Shown here: in pieces, positions 1 to 9,234 of the stretch
Numbering within the stretch: the first letter of the stretch is position 1
Layout: each line of letters starts with the position of its first letter
From: Horticoccus luteus
Lineage (GTDB): Bacteria > Verrucomicrobiota > Verrucomicrobiia > Opitutales > Opitutaceae
NCBI RefSeq assembly: GCF_019464535.1
Contig: NZ_CP080507.1
Coordinates: 1,440,001 to 1,472,000 of the forward strand
Length of the DNA stretch: 32,000 bases
Reading direction: 5' to 3'
Position numbers and translations under genes: made by a program
The notes under the pieces: model-generated
Told to the model about the DNA's origin: nothing
Seen by the model: the letters and a program-made list of their open reading frames with translations, nothing else
Database searches by the model: none

Positions 1-245
1 TCGTGCGGCCGCAGCAGGAGCGGGCCTGTTCGTGGGAGGAACTCGAGGCGTTTGTGCCGGCGACCTTCTCCGGGACGGTGCGACGCGGCACCGTCCCGGA
101 TATTTTCCCCGGGCCGGGACAGTGTCGGGTGGGTGCCGCGGACGACGTGGTCGTCGTGACGGGTTCGATCTACCTGCTGGGCGAAATTCTGGCGCGGCTC
201 GAGCCGGCGCGCGGCGCGAACGAAGGACGTTTGCAGGATTTCTGA
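1..245 (+). CDS. folC: Folylpolyglutamate synthase/dihydrofolate synthase, C-terminal fragment (5' end lies outside the window)
   Basis: The frame is open from the window edge to TGA at 243-245. The C-terminal sequence ...DDVVVVTGSIYLLGEILARL... resembles the conserved Mur-ligase/FolC C-terminal end (vvvtGSlyLvGe). Confidence 0.6.
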   Translation, partial: VRPQQERACSWEELEAFVPATFSGTVRRGTVPDIFPGPGQCRVGAADDVVVVTGSIYLLGEILARLEPARGANEGRLQDF

Positions 246-327
246 ACGACGAAAACGCGCGGGCGGCGGGCGGCGAACGCTCGACGGTCCGCGGCGGTTC
301 GCGGCGGAAAGGAGAACGCGACGGGCT

Positions 328-1866
328 TTACGCGAGGGCGATAAGTTCGCGGGTCGGCGGCACGTCCTTGATGATTTGCGAGGGTTGCGGGCCGACGCCG
401 AGGAAGCGCAGATTGGGGAGCGTCGCGGGGAGTGCACCGCCGGCGTAAGCGACGTCGATCAGCGAGCGCATCATGGCGGCGACGTAACGTTGGGCGTTGC
501 GCGGGAGGTCGGCGAAATGGCGGACGTGGGAGACGTCTTCGGACCAGCCAGGGTGGCGCTCGTAAACGGGGCGCAGCGATTTGCGAACGGCTTCGTTGCG
601 CGGCACGTGCGCGTAGCGTCGGCCGGCGGCATCTTCGTAGGCGGTGCAGATGAGGAGCTCGCCGCGCCATTCGCCCGCATGAGTGAGCGCGTCGAGTTTG
701 TTGATCATCAGATCTTGAAAACCGCCGTAGCGGAGGGCGTCGCCCTTTTCCACGGCGTCATACCAGCCGACCATGCGCTGGCGGCCGGTGCTGGTGCCGA
801 ACTCGAGTTGTTTGAGCAGCGCGGTGAGCGGATGGGCGTCATCCATCTGCGTGAGGAAGGTGTGCGTGCCGACTTTGGTGTCGTAGGCTTTGGCGACGCC
901 GAACGTGTGGATCGGCTGCACGGGGATGTTGGCGCTCTCGAAAAATTCGGGCGTGAACGTGTGCGAGGCGGTGACGTTGGGCGAGAAGCCGTGGCGTTTG
1001 TCGAGCCAGTAGGCCTGGCCGAATTCGCCGATGATGGTGTGGCCGGCGGCGAGTTCGCGGAGGATGAGTTCGCGCACCTCGCCGATGTTTTGGGCGAGGC
1101 GTGTGCCGGCGTCCCAATAAACCGCGGTGAGTTTTTCGAGGTTGAGCGTGAAGGGTGCGTCGCCGCGGAAGGCGTGAAAATCGAAATCGGCGGCGGAGAA
1201 AAGGCCGAGCTTGATGGCGTCGCCGTTGGCGCGCGTTTCCGCGTTGGTGAGCTGGGTGAAAAAGGAATCCCACGTCGCGGGGCTGACGCGGCAGACGTGT
1301 TGAATGGTGCGGCAGGCGCGATCGGCGCGCTGCGCGAGTTTGCGGGCGAAGTAGTTCGGACCGCCGAGGAAATCGGCGAAGGTGATTTGTTGCTGGCCGA
1401 CCTCGTCGAGATAGGCGGGCGTGATGCCCCGGCCCGTGGAACCGCGCGGCTCTTCGGCGAGGACGTTGACGCGATAATCCTCCCACGCGAGGTCGAGCAA
1501 ACGGTGGGTGAGATCGGAGACGAGGGCGCGCTCGTCGATCAGGAGGCGCGAGAGCACGGCGTAGCCTTTTTGCTCCAGCGGGGTGGCTTCCCACCAGATT
1601 TTGCGCGGGTCGGCGACGACGCCGCTGCCGATGCAGAGGTGGGCGGCGTCGCGCACGACGACGCCGGCCGGGAGGAGGTTGAGCTTGATGCCGCCGGCGG
1701 TGTGGCCGGAGTTGGCGCCGCCGTTGACCTTGAGGACAACGGTCACGGGTGCGGAGGTGCCGCGCAGTTCGTCGGCGACTTCGGGGATCAGCCGGCCTTT
1801 GCCTTCATCACCGAGGGAAATGCCGACATCGGCGATGAGCTGGCTGGTAAAGGGAGTAAGCGACAT
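328..1866 (-). CDS. Adenylosuccinate synthetase family protein, long divergent form (about 512 aa)
   Basis: PurA signature motifs are present: P-loop [15 protein letters not shown] (canonical GGHNAGHT), [10 protein letters not shown] (TTGRGIGPAY), KAYDTKVG (KAYSTRVG), [12 protein letters not shown] (GATTGRRRRTGW) and NKLDAL (TKLDVL). I chose the ATG at 1866 (MSLTPF...), 27 codons inside the ORF-track start, because homology begins right after it. Confidence 0.8.
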   Translation of the reverse strand: MSLTPFTSQLIADVGISLGDEGKGRLIPEVADELRGTSAPVTVVLKVNGGANSGHTAGGIKLNLLPAGVVVRDAAHLCIGSGVVADPRKIWWEATPLEQKGYAVLSRLLIDERALVSDLTHRLLDLAWEDYRVNVLAEEPRGSTGRGITPAYLDEVGQQQITFADFLGGPNYFARKLAQRADRACRTIQHVCRVSPATWDSFFTQLTNAETRANGDAIKLGLFSAADFDFHAFRGDAPFTLNLEKLTAVYWDAGTRLAQNIGEVRELILRELAAGHTIIGEFGQAYWLDKRHGFSPNVTASHTFTPEFFESANIPVQPIHTFGVAKAYDTKVGTHTFLTQMDDAHPLTALLKQLEFGTSTGRQRMVGWYDAVEKGDALRYGGFQDLMINKLDALTHAGEWRGELLICTAYEDAAGRRYAHVPRNEAVRKSLRPVYERHPGWSEDVSHVRHFADLPRNAQRYVAAMMRSLIDVAYAGGALPATLPNLRFLGVGPQPSQIIKDVPPTRELIALA

Positions 1867-2025
1867 GGTTGGCGTGGCAACCGAAGTCAGAGGACCCCTG
1901 TTGCCGACAAGGGAAAAGGCGAGTGCGGGAGCGAGCGCAAACAAAAATACCCGTGGTGACGCGCGCAGCCGCGCGGCCCACCGGCGGGGCGAATGATGGG
2001 CCGGAGGTTTCCGAGAGGCGCGTGC

Positions 2026-3879
2026 TTACTCGACGGTGACGGACTTCGCGAGATTCCGGGGCTTGTCGACGTCGCAACCGCGTTCGCAGGCGATGTAATA
2101 ACTGAGGAGCTGCACGGGGATCGTGGCGACGATCGGGAGCACGGCTTCGTGGCAATCGGGAATGGTGATCGTCTCGTCGGCGAGGCCGGCGGGGAGCTCG
2201 GTGCCTTCGGTGACGATGGCGATGACGGGGCCTTTGCGCGCCTTGATTTCCTGCATGCTGGAAATGACTTTTTGGTGCATTTCACCGGCGGGCGCGAAGA
2301 TGACGCTGGGGCATTTCTCGCTGATCAGCGCGATGGGGCCGTGTTTCATTTCGGCGGCGGGATAGCCCTCGGCGTGGATGTAGGAGATTTCCTTGAGCTT
2401 CAGGGCGCCTTCGAGCGCGATCGGGAACAGCGACAGGCGCCCGAGAAAAAGCATGTCGTGGTAGTGCGCAAAGCGCCGGGCGATGGCCTTGATGTGGGGC
2501 GCCTGCTCGAGCGCGCGCCGCACAAGGCCGGGGACGGCCTTGAGGGCGTTGGCGTATTGCACGCCGTCGCTGAAACTCATGTCGCGCATGCGGGCGACGT
2601 AGAGCGCGATCATCGCGCCCACGAGGAGTTGCGAGGTGAACGCCTTCGTCGACGCGACGCCGATTTCGGGGCCGACGTGTTGAAAAATGCCGCCGTCGGC
2701 TTCGCGGGCGATGGTGGAACCGACGGCATTGTTAATGGCGAGGGCCTTGTAGCCCTTGCGCTTGGCTTCGCGCAACGCGGCGAGGGTGTCGATGGTTTCG
2801 CCGGACTGGCTGATGACGAAGAAGAGCGTGTGGGAATCGAGGGGGGCGTTGCGGTAGCGAAACTCGGATGCATAGTCGACCTCGACGGGCACGCGGGCGA
2901 AACGCTCGATCAGATGCTCGGTGACGAGGCAGGCGTGCCACGCGGTGCCGCAGGCGCAGAAGACAAAGCGGTCCACGCCGCGGAACTCGCCCGGCGTGAT
3001 GTTGAGGCCGCCGAAAATAGCAGTGCTCCCGTCTTCGGAAAAGCGGCCGCGCATGGCGTTCTCGAGCGCGGTGGGCTGCTCGAAAATCTCCTTTTCCATG
3101 AAATGCGTGTAGGCGCCGCGCTCGGCATCCTCGACGGACCAGGTGATCTGATCGACCACGGGAGAAACGTCCGCCTGATCGAGCGTGGTGATGGCAAAGG
3201 TACTCGGGGTGAGGTGCACGACCTCGCCATCGTTGAGATAGACGACGTTTTGCGTGCGGCTGATCAGCGCGGAAGCGTCGCTGGCGACGATGTATTCGTC
3301 GGTGCCGACGCCGAGAATCAACGGCGAGGCTTTGCGCGCGGCGACGATTTCGGTGGGAAAATCGACGCAGAGCACGGCGATGCCGTAGGTGCCTTCGACG
3401 TGCTGCAGGGATTTGCGCACGCTCTCGACGAAGCGGTTCGGTGAGTCGGAGGCGACGGGCTCTTTCGCGTAGTGGTAGGCGATCAGGTTGCAGAGGACTT
3501 CGGTGTCCGTCTCCGACTGAAAGTGATAACCCTTCTCCAGAAGGAATTTCTTAATACCGACGTAGTTTTCGATGACGCCGTTGTGAATCAGGGCGAATTT
3601 GCCATCGCTGCTGAGGTGGGGATGGGCGTTGGCATCGGTGACGCCGCCGTGGGTGGCCCAGCGCGTATGGCCGATGCCGATCGTGGCGTCGAAGCGATGG
3701 CGCGTGGCTTCCTTAGCGAGGACCTCGACGCGGCCGGCCTTTTTGGCGAGCTGCAGCCGACCGGATTGGACGACGCAAAGTCCCGCGGAGTCATACCCGC
3801 GATACTCGAGCCGTTTGAGGCCTTCGAGGATGATAACCGACGCTTTTTGTTTACCGACGTAGCCGACGATGCCGCACAT
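2026..3879 (-). CDS. glmS: Glutamine--fructose-6-phosphate aminotransferase (isomerising)
   Basis: The N-terminus MCGIVGYVG carries the Cys1 nucleophile, followed by LEYRGYDSAG, two SIS domains and the typical C-terminal ...KPRNLAKSVTVE. The 965-aa track ORF is an upstream read-through. The real start is ATG at 3877-3879, giving 617 aa. Confidence 0.97.
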   Translation of the reverse strand: MCGIVGYVGKQKASVIILEGLKRLEYRGYDSAGLCVVQSGRLQLAKKAGRVEVLAKEATRHRFDATIGIGHTRWATHGGVTDANAHPHLSSDGKFALIHNGVIENYVGIKKFLLEKGYHFQSETDTEVLCNLIAYHYAKEPVASDSPNRFVESVRKSLQHVEGTYGIAVLCVDFPTEIVAARKASPLILGVGTDEYIVASDASALISRTQNVVYLNDGEVVHLTPSTFAITTLDQADVSPVVDQITWSVEDAERGAYTHFMEKEIFEQPTALENAMRGRFSEDGSTAIFGGLNITPGEFRGVDRFVFCACGTAWHACLVTEHLIERFARVPVEVDYASEFRYRNAPLDSHTLFFVISQSGETIDTLAALREAKRKGYKALAINNAVGSTIAREADGGIFQHVGPEIGVASTKAFTSQLLVGAMIALYVARMRDMSFSDGVQYANALKAVPGLVRRALEQAPHIKAIARRFAHYHDMLFLGRLSLFPIALEGALKLKEISYIHAEGYPAAEMKHGPIALISEKCPSVIFAPAGEMHQKVISSMQEIKARKGPVIAIVTEGTELPAGLADETITIPDCHEAVLPIVATIPVQLLSYYIACERGCDVDKPRNLAKSVTVE

Positions 3880-3948
3880 AAATTGCTTTGGTGGATTTTG
3901 ACTGGCGAAAATACGGGGCAGGGCAAAGGTGGGACAAGCAGCAATACT

Positions 3949-5238
3949 ATGACTTATCACAAACGCGTATTGGCAGTCATCATGGGCGGCGGTCGGGGAA
4001 CGAGGTTGCACCCGTTGACGACGGAGCGCTGCAAGCCCGCGGTGCCGCTGGCGGGAAAATACCGGCTGGTGGACATCCCGATCAGCAATTGCCTGAACTC
4101 GGAGATCAACCGGATCTTTTTGCTGACGCAGTTTCAGACGGCTTCGCTGCACCGCCACGTGCAGGGCACGTATCATTTCGATCCGTTTGGCGGCGGGTTC
4201 GTGGACATTCTGGCGGCGGAGCAGACGGAGAAGGGCGCTGATTGGTATCAAGGCACGGCGGATGCGGTGCGGCGCAATCTGATGCATTTTCGGGCGTTTC
4301 CGCACGACCTCGTGCTGATCCTCTCGGGCGATCAGCTCTACCGGATGGATTACCGCGAGATCATCGACCAACACGTAAAGAGCGGCGCGGACGTGACGCT
4401 GGCGGCGGTGCCGTTTGCGGTGTCGAAGGTCGAGGGACTGGGGCTCATGCGCGTGAATGATGCGCTGGAGATTCAAGAGTTTGCCGAGAAGCCCAAGGAT
4501 CCGGCGATCATCCGGAGCCTGGCGTTGAGTCCGAGCGTGGAGGCGCAGCTGAAGACGCCTTCGGACGAGCCACGCTGTCTGGCGTCGATGGGTATTTACG
4601 TGTTCAACCGTTCGGCGCTGGCGAAGGCGCTGGACACGACGATGGCGGACTTCGGCAAGGAAATCATCCCGGGGTTGCTCGGAAAGATGAAGCTGTCGGC
4701 CTTCGTGTTCGAGGGATACTGGGAGGACATCGGAACGGTGCGGGCGTTTTTCGAGGCGAATCTCGCGCTCGCGCAGCCGTTGCCACCGTTCAACTTTTTC
4801 GATGCGTCGGCGCCGATTTACACGCAGGACCGCTATCTGCCGGCGTCGAAATTGAATCGATGCGAGATCGATCAAGTCGTGATTGGCGACGGGTCGATCA
4901 TTACGGATTCGAGTCTGCGGCACTCGATCCTGGGGATCAGGACGTTCATCGGCGACGGCACGTCATTGGAAGATGTGATCGTGATGGGCGCGGATTATTA
5001 CGAGAGCCCGGAGCAGTTGGCGAAAAACGAAGAGATCGGGCGTCCGCATCTCGGCGTGGGGCGCAACTGCCGGATCAAGCATTCGATCATCGATAAAAAC
5101 GCGCGGATCGGCGACAACTGCGTCATCTCGCCAGAAGGCAAGGAAGACGGGTCCTATCTCGACGGCAATATCGTGATTCGCGACGGCGTGCTGGTGGTGC
5201 CCAAAGGGGTGACGCTGGCATCGGGCACAGTGTTTTGA
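3949..5238 (+). CDS. glgC: Glucose-1-phosphate adenylyltransferase
   Basis: MTYHKRVLAVIMGGGRGTRLHPLTTERCKPAVPLAGKYRLVDIPISNCLNS matches the GlgC N-terminal nucleotide-binding signature. A C-terminal left-handed beta-helix region follows. The start is ATG 3949, in frame inside the longer track ORF. Confidence 0.93.
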   Translation: MTYHKRVLAVIMGGGRGTRLHPLTTERCKPAVPLAGKYRLVDIPISNCLNSEINRIFLLTQFQTASLHRHVQGTYHFDPFGGGFVDILAAEQTEKGADWYQGTADAVRRNLMHFRAFPHDLVLILSGDQLYRMDYREIIDQHVKSGADVTLAAVPFAVSKVEGLGLMRVNDALEIQEFAEKPKDPAIIRSLALSPSVEAQLKTPSDEPRCLASMGIYVFNRSALAKALDTTMADFGKEIIPGLLGKMKLSAFVFEGYWEDIGTVRAFFEANLALAQPLPPFNFFDASAPIYTQDRYLPASKLNRCEIDQVVIGDGSIITDSSLRHSILGIRTFIGDGTSLEDVIVMGADYYESPEQLAKNEEIGRPHLGVGRNCRIKHSIIDKNARIGDNCVISPEGKEDGSYLDGNIVIRDGVLVVPKGVTLASGTVF

Positions 5239-5256
5239 GATTTTTCTTCGCGTGGT

Positions 5257-5928
5257 ATGATCGCGATCCCTCTCGGCGACAGTGCGGTGACGCTGGAGTT
5301 GGGAGGGGAAATATCGGAGGCAACCGCGGCGCGGGCGCAGGCGTTGGCGGCGAATATTCGGGCGGCGGCGCTGGTGGGCGTGATCGATATCGTGGCGGCG
5401 TATGCGGCGGTGACGGTTTATTACGATCCGGGTTCGGTTGATTATGCGACGTTGAGCGAGCGGTTGAGCGCGGCAGGTGCGGGCACGGAAACCGCCGTGA
5501 GCGCCACGACCGGGCGCGAGCGGGAAATACCGGTGTGTTATGGGGGCGAGTTTGGGCCGGATCTCGAAGAGGTGGCGCGGCGTGCGCAGCGAACGAATGA
5601 CGAAGTGGTGCAGTTGCACGCAGGCGCGGCGTATGTGGTGCACGCCGTGGGGTTCGCGCCGGGCTTCGGTTACCTCGGCGGCTTGCCGATGGCGTTGCGG
5701 TGTCCGCGGCGGGCGACGCCGCGAGCGGTGGTGGCGGCGGGCTCGGTCGGGATTGGAGGCGCGCAGACGGGCGTCTATCCGTTGGCGACACCGGGCGGGT
5801 GGAACGTGATCGGGCGCACGCCGCTGCGGTTGTTCGATCCCGCGCGCGCCGAACCATCGTGGTTGCGAGCGGGCGACTGCGTGACGTTCCGCGCGATTTC
5901 GGAGGAGGAATTCCGGCGATGGGCATGA
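5257..5928 (+). CDS. pxpB: 5-oxoprolinase subunit B (KipI / allophanate hydrolase subunit 1 family)
   Basis: [17 protein letters not shown]...[17 protein letters not shown]...[38 protein letters not shown] is the characteristic PxpB/KipI pattern. The gene is followed by pxpC and pxpA. Confidence 0.88.
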   Translation: MIAIPLGDSAVTLELGGEISEATAARAQALAANIRAAALVGVIDIVAAYAAVTVYYDPGSVDYATLSERLSAAGAGTETAVSATTGREREIPVCYGGEFGPDLEEVARRAQRTNDEVVQLHAGAAYVVHAVGFAPGFGYLGGLPMALRCPRRATPRAVVAAGSVGIGGAQTGVYPLATPGGWNVIGRTPLRLFDPARAEPSWLRAGDCVTFRAISEEEFRRWA

Positions 5929-6845
5929 CGATTTTGCGGCCAGGAATGGCGACGACGGTGCAGGACTTGGGCCGCACCGGACACCGGCACGAAGGCGTGC
6001 CATTGAGCGGCGCGGCGGACCGACTGGCGTTGCGGCTCGCGAATCTGCTGGTGGGCAACGCAGAAAATGCCGCGGCGCTGGAGGTGACGTTGACGGGACC
6101 TGAATTGGTTTTTGCGGACGACCGGCTGGTCGCGATCGGCGGCGGGCGTTTTGCGGAGCGCGAGTCCTGGCATCCGTTTCATGTGAGCGCGGGCGAACGC
6201 GTGGCGCTCGGGCCGCTCGTGGCGGGGTGCCGCGCGATCGTCGCGATCAGCGGTGGAATCGAGGTGCCGGTCGTGTTGGGAAGTCGCAGCACGTGTCTGC
6301 GCGCGGGGTTCGGCGGGTGGCAGGGAAGGGTGCTGCACGAAGGCGACGTGCTGCCTTTGGGCAGCGCGTCCGCCGGGAAATTGGAGCCGCACTGGCGGCT
6401 CGATCCGCAGGTGTTGCCCGCCTACGGCGAGCACGTGGTGGTGCGCGTCATTCCGGGAGCGCAGGCGGAGGAGTTTTCCGGAGCGTGGCTGGCGAACGAA
6501 TTCCGGGTGTCGGCGCGGTCGGATCGCATGGGCGTGCGGCTGGACGGCGCGGCGTTGGTGCGCGCGTCGACCGCGGAGCTGGTTTCATCGCCGGTGGCGC
6601 CGGGAACGGTGCAGGTGCCGCCGGGAGGACAGCCGATTGTGCTTTTGGCGGATGCGCAGACGATGGGCGGATATCCGCGCGTGGCGCACGTCATCGATGT
6701 GGACCTGCCGCTCGTCGCGAACGTGAAGCCGGGCGACACGATTCGTTTTCGCACGGTGACGCTGGAAGAGGGGCACCGACTCTGGCGCGAACGCGAGCAA
6801 ACGATCGCGTTGATCCGGACCGGGCTGGAGGCGCGTTTTCGGTGA
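5919..6845 (+). CDS. pxpC: 5-oxoprolinase subunit C (KipA / allophanate hydrolase subunit 2 family)
   Basis: [47 protein letters not shown] is the typical PxpC/AHS2 N-terminus. The start ATG 5919 overlaps the pxpB stop (ATGGGCATGA). Confidence 0.88.
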   Translation: MGMTILRPGMATTVQDLGRTGHRHEGVPLSGAADRLALRLANLLVGNAENAAALEVTLTGPELVFADDRLVAIGGGRFAERESWHPFHVSAGERVALGPLVAGCRAIVAISGGIEVPVVLGSRSTCLRAGFGGWQGRVLHEGDVLPLGSASAGKLEPHWRLDPQVLPAYGEHVVVRVIPGAQAEEFSGAWLANEFRVSARSDRMGVRLDGAALVRASTAELVSSPVAPGTVQVPPGGQPIVLLADAQTMGGYPRVAHVIDVDLPLVANVKPGDTIRFRTVTLEEGHRLWREREQTIALIRTGLEARFR

Positions 6846-6847
6846 CG

Positions 6848-7576
6848 ATGCGGATCGATTTGAACTGCGATCTCGGGGAAGGCGCGCCGCACGATGCGGA
6901 GCTGATGCCGCTCATCACGTCGGCGAACATCGCTTGTGGGGGGCACGCCGGTGACGCTACGACGATGCGCCAGACCGTGGCGCTGGCCGAGCGCTGGGGC
7001 GTGCAAATCGGCGCACATCCCGGTTTTGCGGATCGTGAGCATTTCGGCCGACGAGAACAGCGGCTGAGCGCCGGTGCGCTGCGAGAGTTGATGCGGACGC
7101 AAGTCGACGCGTTGCGGCAGCTCGCGCGCGTGCAGCATGTGAAACCACACGGCGCGCTCTACACTCTGGCGGCGCGGGATCGCGCGACGGCGGACGTCCT
7201 GGTGGCGGCGATTCGCGAGATCGACGCGACGTTGATCGTATATGCGCTGGCGGGTGGGGAACTCGCGCGGGCGGCGCGAGGGGCGGGATTGCGCGTGGCG
7301 GAGGAGGTTTTTGGCGATCGCACGTATCAGCCGGATGGAGCGCTGACGCCGCGGGGACAAGCGGACGCGATGATCGAGCGCGAAGAGGTCGCGGTTGCGC
7401 AGGTCGTGCGAATGATCCGCGCAGGCGCGCTGCGATCGGTCGCCGGCACCGACGTGGCGATTCGCGCCGAGACCGTTTGTCTGCATGGCGACGGGGCGCA
7501 CGCGGTGGAATTTGCGGTGAGCCTGCGACGGGAACTGGCGCGGACCGGCGTGGCGGTGCGGGCTTTCACGGCATGA
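6848..7576 (+). CDS. pxpA: 5-oxoprolinase subunit A (LamB/YcsF family)
   Basis: MRIDLNCDLGEG....MPLITSANIACGGHAGD is the LamB/YcsF signature. The start lies 2 nt after the pxpC stop. Confidence 0.9.
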   Translation: MRIDLNCDLGEGAPHDAELMPLITSANIACGGHAGDATTMRQTVALAERWGVQIGAHPGFADREHFGRREQRLSAGALRELMRTQVDALRQLARVQHVKPHGALYTLAARDRATADVLVAAIREIDATLIVYALAGGELARAARGAGLRVAEEVFGDRTYQPDGALTPRGQADAMIEREEVAVAQVVRMIRAGALRSVAGTDVAIRAETVCLHGDGAHAVEFAVSLRRELARTGVAVRAFTA

Positions 7577-8268
7577 TTAAATTAATCGGCATTCTGATCG
7601 TCGCGGCGGGTTTCGCGGTGCGCGCGAATACCTTGCTCGTGGTCTTGGCGGCGGGCGTGGCGACGGGGCTTTCGGCGGGAATGTCGTTCAACGAGGTGAT
7701 CGAGCTGTTTGGGAAATTTTTCGTCGAGAATCGTTACATGACGCTGCCGGTCGTGCTGATGTTGCCGGTGATCGGGCTGTTGGAGCGGCACGGCTTGAAG
7801 GAGCGAGCCGAGATGTTGATCAAACACGCCGGCGCGGCGACGGCGGGGCGGGTGCTGCTGCTCTACACGGCGATGCGGCAAATTTCGATCAGCCTCGGCG
7901 TCAATATCGGTGGCCACGCGGGAGCGGTGCGGCCGCTGGTTGCGCCGATGGCGGAGGCGGCGGCGCGGGCGCGGCACGGCGAGGTGTCGCCGGAAATTTC
8001 GGAGCGGATTCGGGCGCACGCGGCGGCGGCGGAGAACATCGGCAATTTTTTCGGCGAAGACATTTTCATCGCGGTGGGCGCGGTGTTGTTGATGAAAGGT
8101 TTTTTCGACGCGGAGGGGCTGTCGGTCAGTGTGTGGCACATGGCTTTGTGGGGCATCCCGACGGCGTTGGTGGCGTTCGGCGCGATGGGCTGGCGGGCGC
8201 GCGCGCTGGATCGACGGATCGCGAGTGAAGCGCGCACGAGTTCGATGAAGGAGGCGGGAAAGAAATGA
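7573..8268 (+). CDS. DUF969-family integral membrane protein
   Basis: The protein is highly hydrophobic and multi-pass: MIKLIGILIVAAGFAVRANTLLVVLAAGVATGLSAGMSF...ENRYMTLPVVLMLPVIGLLERHGL. It resembles the DUF969 family that is typically paired with DUF979 next to pcp. Its ATG overlaps the pxpA stop (ATGA). Confidence 0.7.
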   Translation: MIKLIGILIVAAGFAVRANTLLVVLAAGVATGLSAGMSFNEVIELFGKFFVENRYMTLPVVLMLPVIGLLERHGLKERAEMLIKHAGAATAGRVLLLYTAMRQISISLGVNIGGHAGAVRPLVAPMAEAAARARHGEVSPEISERIRAHAAAAENIGNFFGEDIFIAVGAVLLMKGFFDAEGLSVSVWHMALWGIPTALVAFGAMGWRARALDRRIASEARTSSMKEAGKK

Positions 8269-9227
8269 CGCTGCTCACGTTCGAGACGTTTTATGCGTTG
8301 TGCGGCGTGATCCTGCTGTTGGTGGCGGGGCGGATTGTGCGCGATCCGGCGCATCCGCGGCGGTGGAGTTCGGCGGCGTTTTGGGCGGTGCTGGGCGTGA
8401 CTTTTCTGGCCGGAAAATGGCTCGCGCCGCTGGTGGTGGGTTATCTCGTCTTGGTCCTCGTCGTGCTCGCGGCAACGGGGCGCGTGATGAGCGGGCGCGA
8501 GCGCCAGCCGGCGCCGATGGAGCGCGCGGAGGAGGCACGGCGGCTGGGAAATCGCGTGTTCTGGCCGGCCCTCGCGATTCCGGCGACAGCGGTGATCGGC
8601 ACGCTGACACTGGCGCATGTGCGGTGGGGATCGGTGCAGCTGGCGGACGCGAAACAGGTGACGTTGGTTGCGCTCGGGCTCGGCGCAGTGATCGCCCTCG
8701 GCCTGGCGCTGCGGGTGACGCGGGCGCGGTGGGGCGAGCCGGTCGAGGAGGGAAGCCGTTTGCTGCAGACGATCGGGTGGACGTTGATTTTGCCGCAACT
8801 GCTCGCGGCGCTGGGAGGGATTTTCTCGCGGTCGGGCGTAGGGGAAGTGGTGGCCGGGCTGGTGGCGAGTGCGCTGCCGACGCAGGTGCCGTTTGTGGCG
8901 GTGCTGGCATATTGCGGGGGGATGGCGCTGTTCACGATTTGCATGGGCAACGCGTTTGCGGCGTTTGCCGTCATCACAGGAGGAATCGGTCTGCCGCTCG
9001 TCGTCCGGCAACACGGCGGCGATCCGGCGATCATGGCGTCGATTGGAATGTTATCGGGTTATTGCGGCACGTTGCTCACGCCGATGGCGGCGAACTTCAA
9101 CATCGTGCCGGCGATGCTGCTCGAGTTGCGTGACCGCCACGCGGTGATTCGCGCGCAGGCGCCGATGGCGGTCGTGATTTTCGCGGCGAATGTGGTGTTG
9201 ATGTGGCTGTGCGTTTATCGATTTTGA
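8265..9227 (+). CDS. DUF979-family integral membrane protein
   Basis: This is a 320-aa polytopic membrane protein. An ATGA overlap joins it to the DUF969 gene, and pcp starts 8 nt downstream. The family call rests on recalled family resemblance and the conserved DUF969-DUF979-pcp context. Confidence 0.65.
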   Translation: MTLLTFETFYALCGVILLLVAGRIVRDPAHPRRWSSAAFWAVLGVTFLAGKWLAPLVVGYLVLVLVVLAATGRVMSGRERQPAPMERAEEARRLGNRVFWPALAIPATAVIGTLTLAHVRWGSVQLADAKQVTLVALGLGAVIALGLALRVTRARWGEPVEEGSRLLQTIGWTLILPQLLAALGGIFSRSGVGEVVAGLVASALPTQVPFVAVLAYCGGMALFTICMGNAFAAFAVITGGIGLPLVVRQHGGDPAIMASIGMLSGYCGTLLTPMAANFNIVPAMLLELRDRHAVIRAQAPMAVVIFAANVVLMWLCVYRF

Positions 9228-9234
9228 GCGCGAA

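Noticed and set aside
328-1866. A PurZ-like (2-aminoadenine pathway) enzyme.
   Set aside because: There is no phage context and no datZ/mazZ-type neighbours. The protein is longer rather than shorter than PurA, and its aspartate/IMP-binding residues look PurA-like.
376-1959. A 527-aa ORF on the + strand spanning the whole purA-like gene.
   Set aside because: It is the mirror frame of a gene with clear PurA motifs. The product is Gly/Ala/Arg/Glu low-complexity with no recognisable domain. This is a typical GC-rich antisense open frame.
1993-3444. A 483-aa + strand ORF. Similar long antisense ORFs occur at 7863-9014 (-), 19466-20752 (-), 23565-24623 (+) and 25409-26803 (+).
   Set aside because: Each lies opposite a confidently identified conserved gene: glmS, the DUF969/979 genes, the ABC ATPase, the bamD-like gene and plsX/fabH. 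Each encodes a low-complexity Gly/Asp/Arg/Ala-rich sequence.
3880-3948. Possible glmS ribozyme or leader upstream of glmS.
   Set aside because: The glmS/glgC divergent spacer is only 69 nt, too short for the roughly 170-nt ribozyme. No conserved ribozyme core is visible.
3880-4923. A 348-codon N-terminal extension of the glmS ORF (965-aa track entry).
   Set aside because: GlmS must begin with Met-Cys (MCGIVGY) because Cys1 is the nucleophile. The extension is Arg-rich nonsense lying antisense to glgC.
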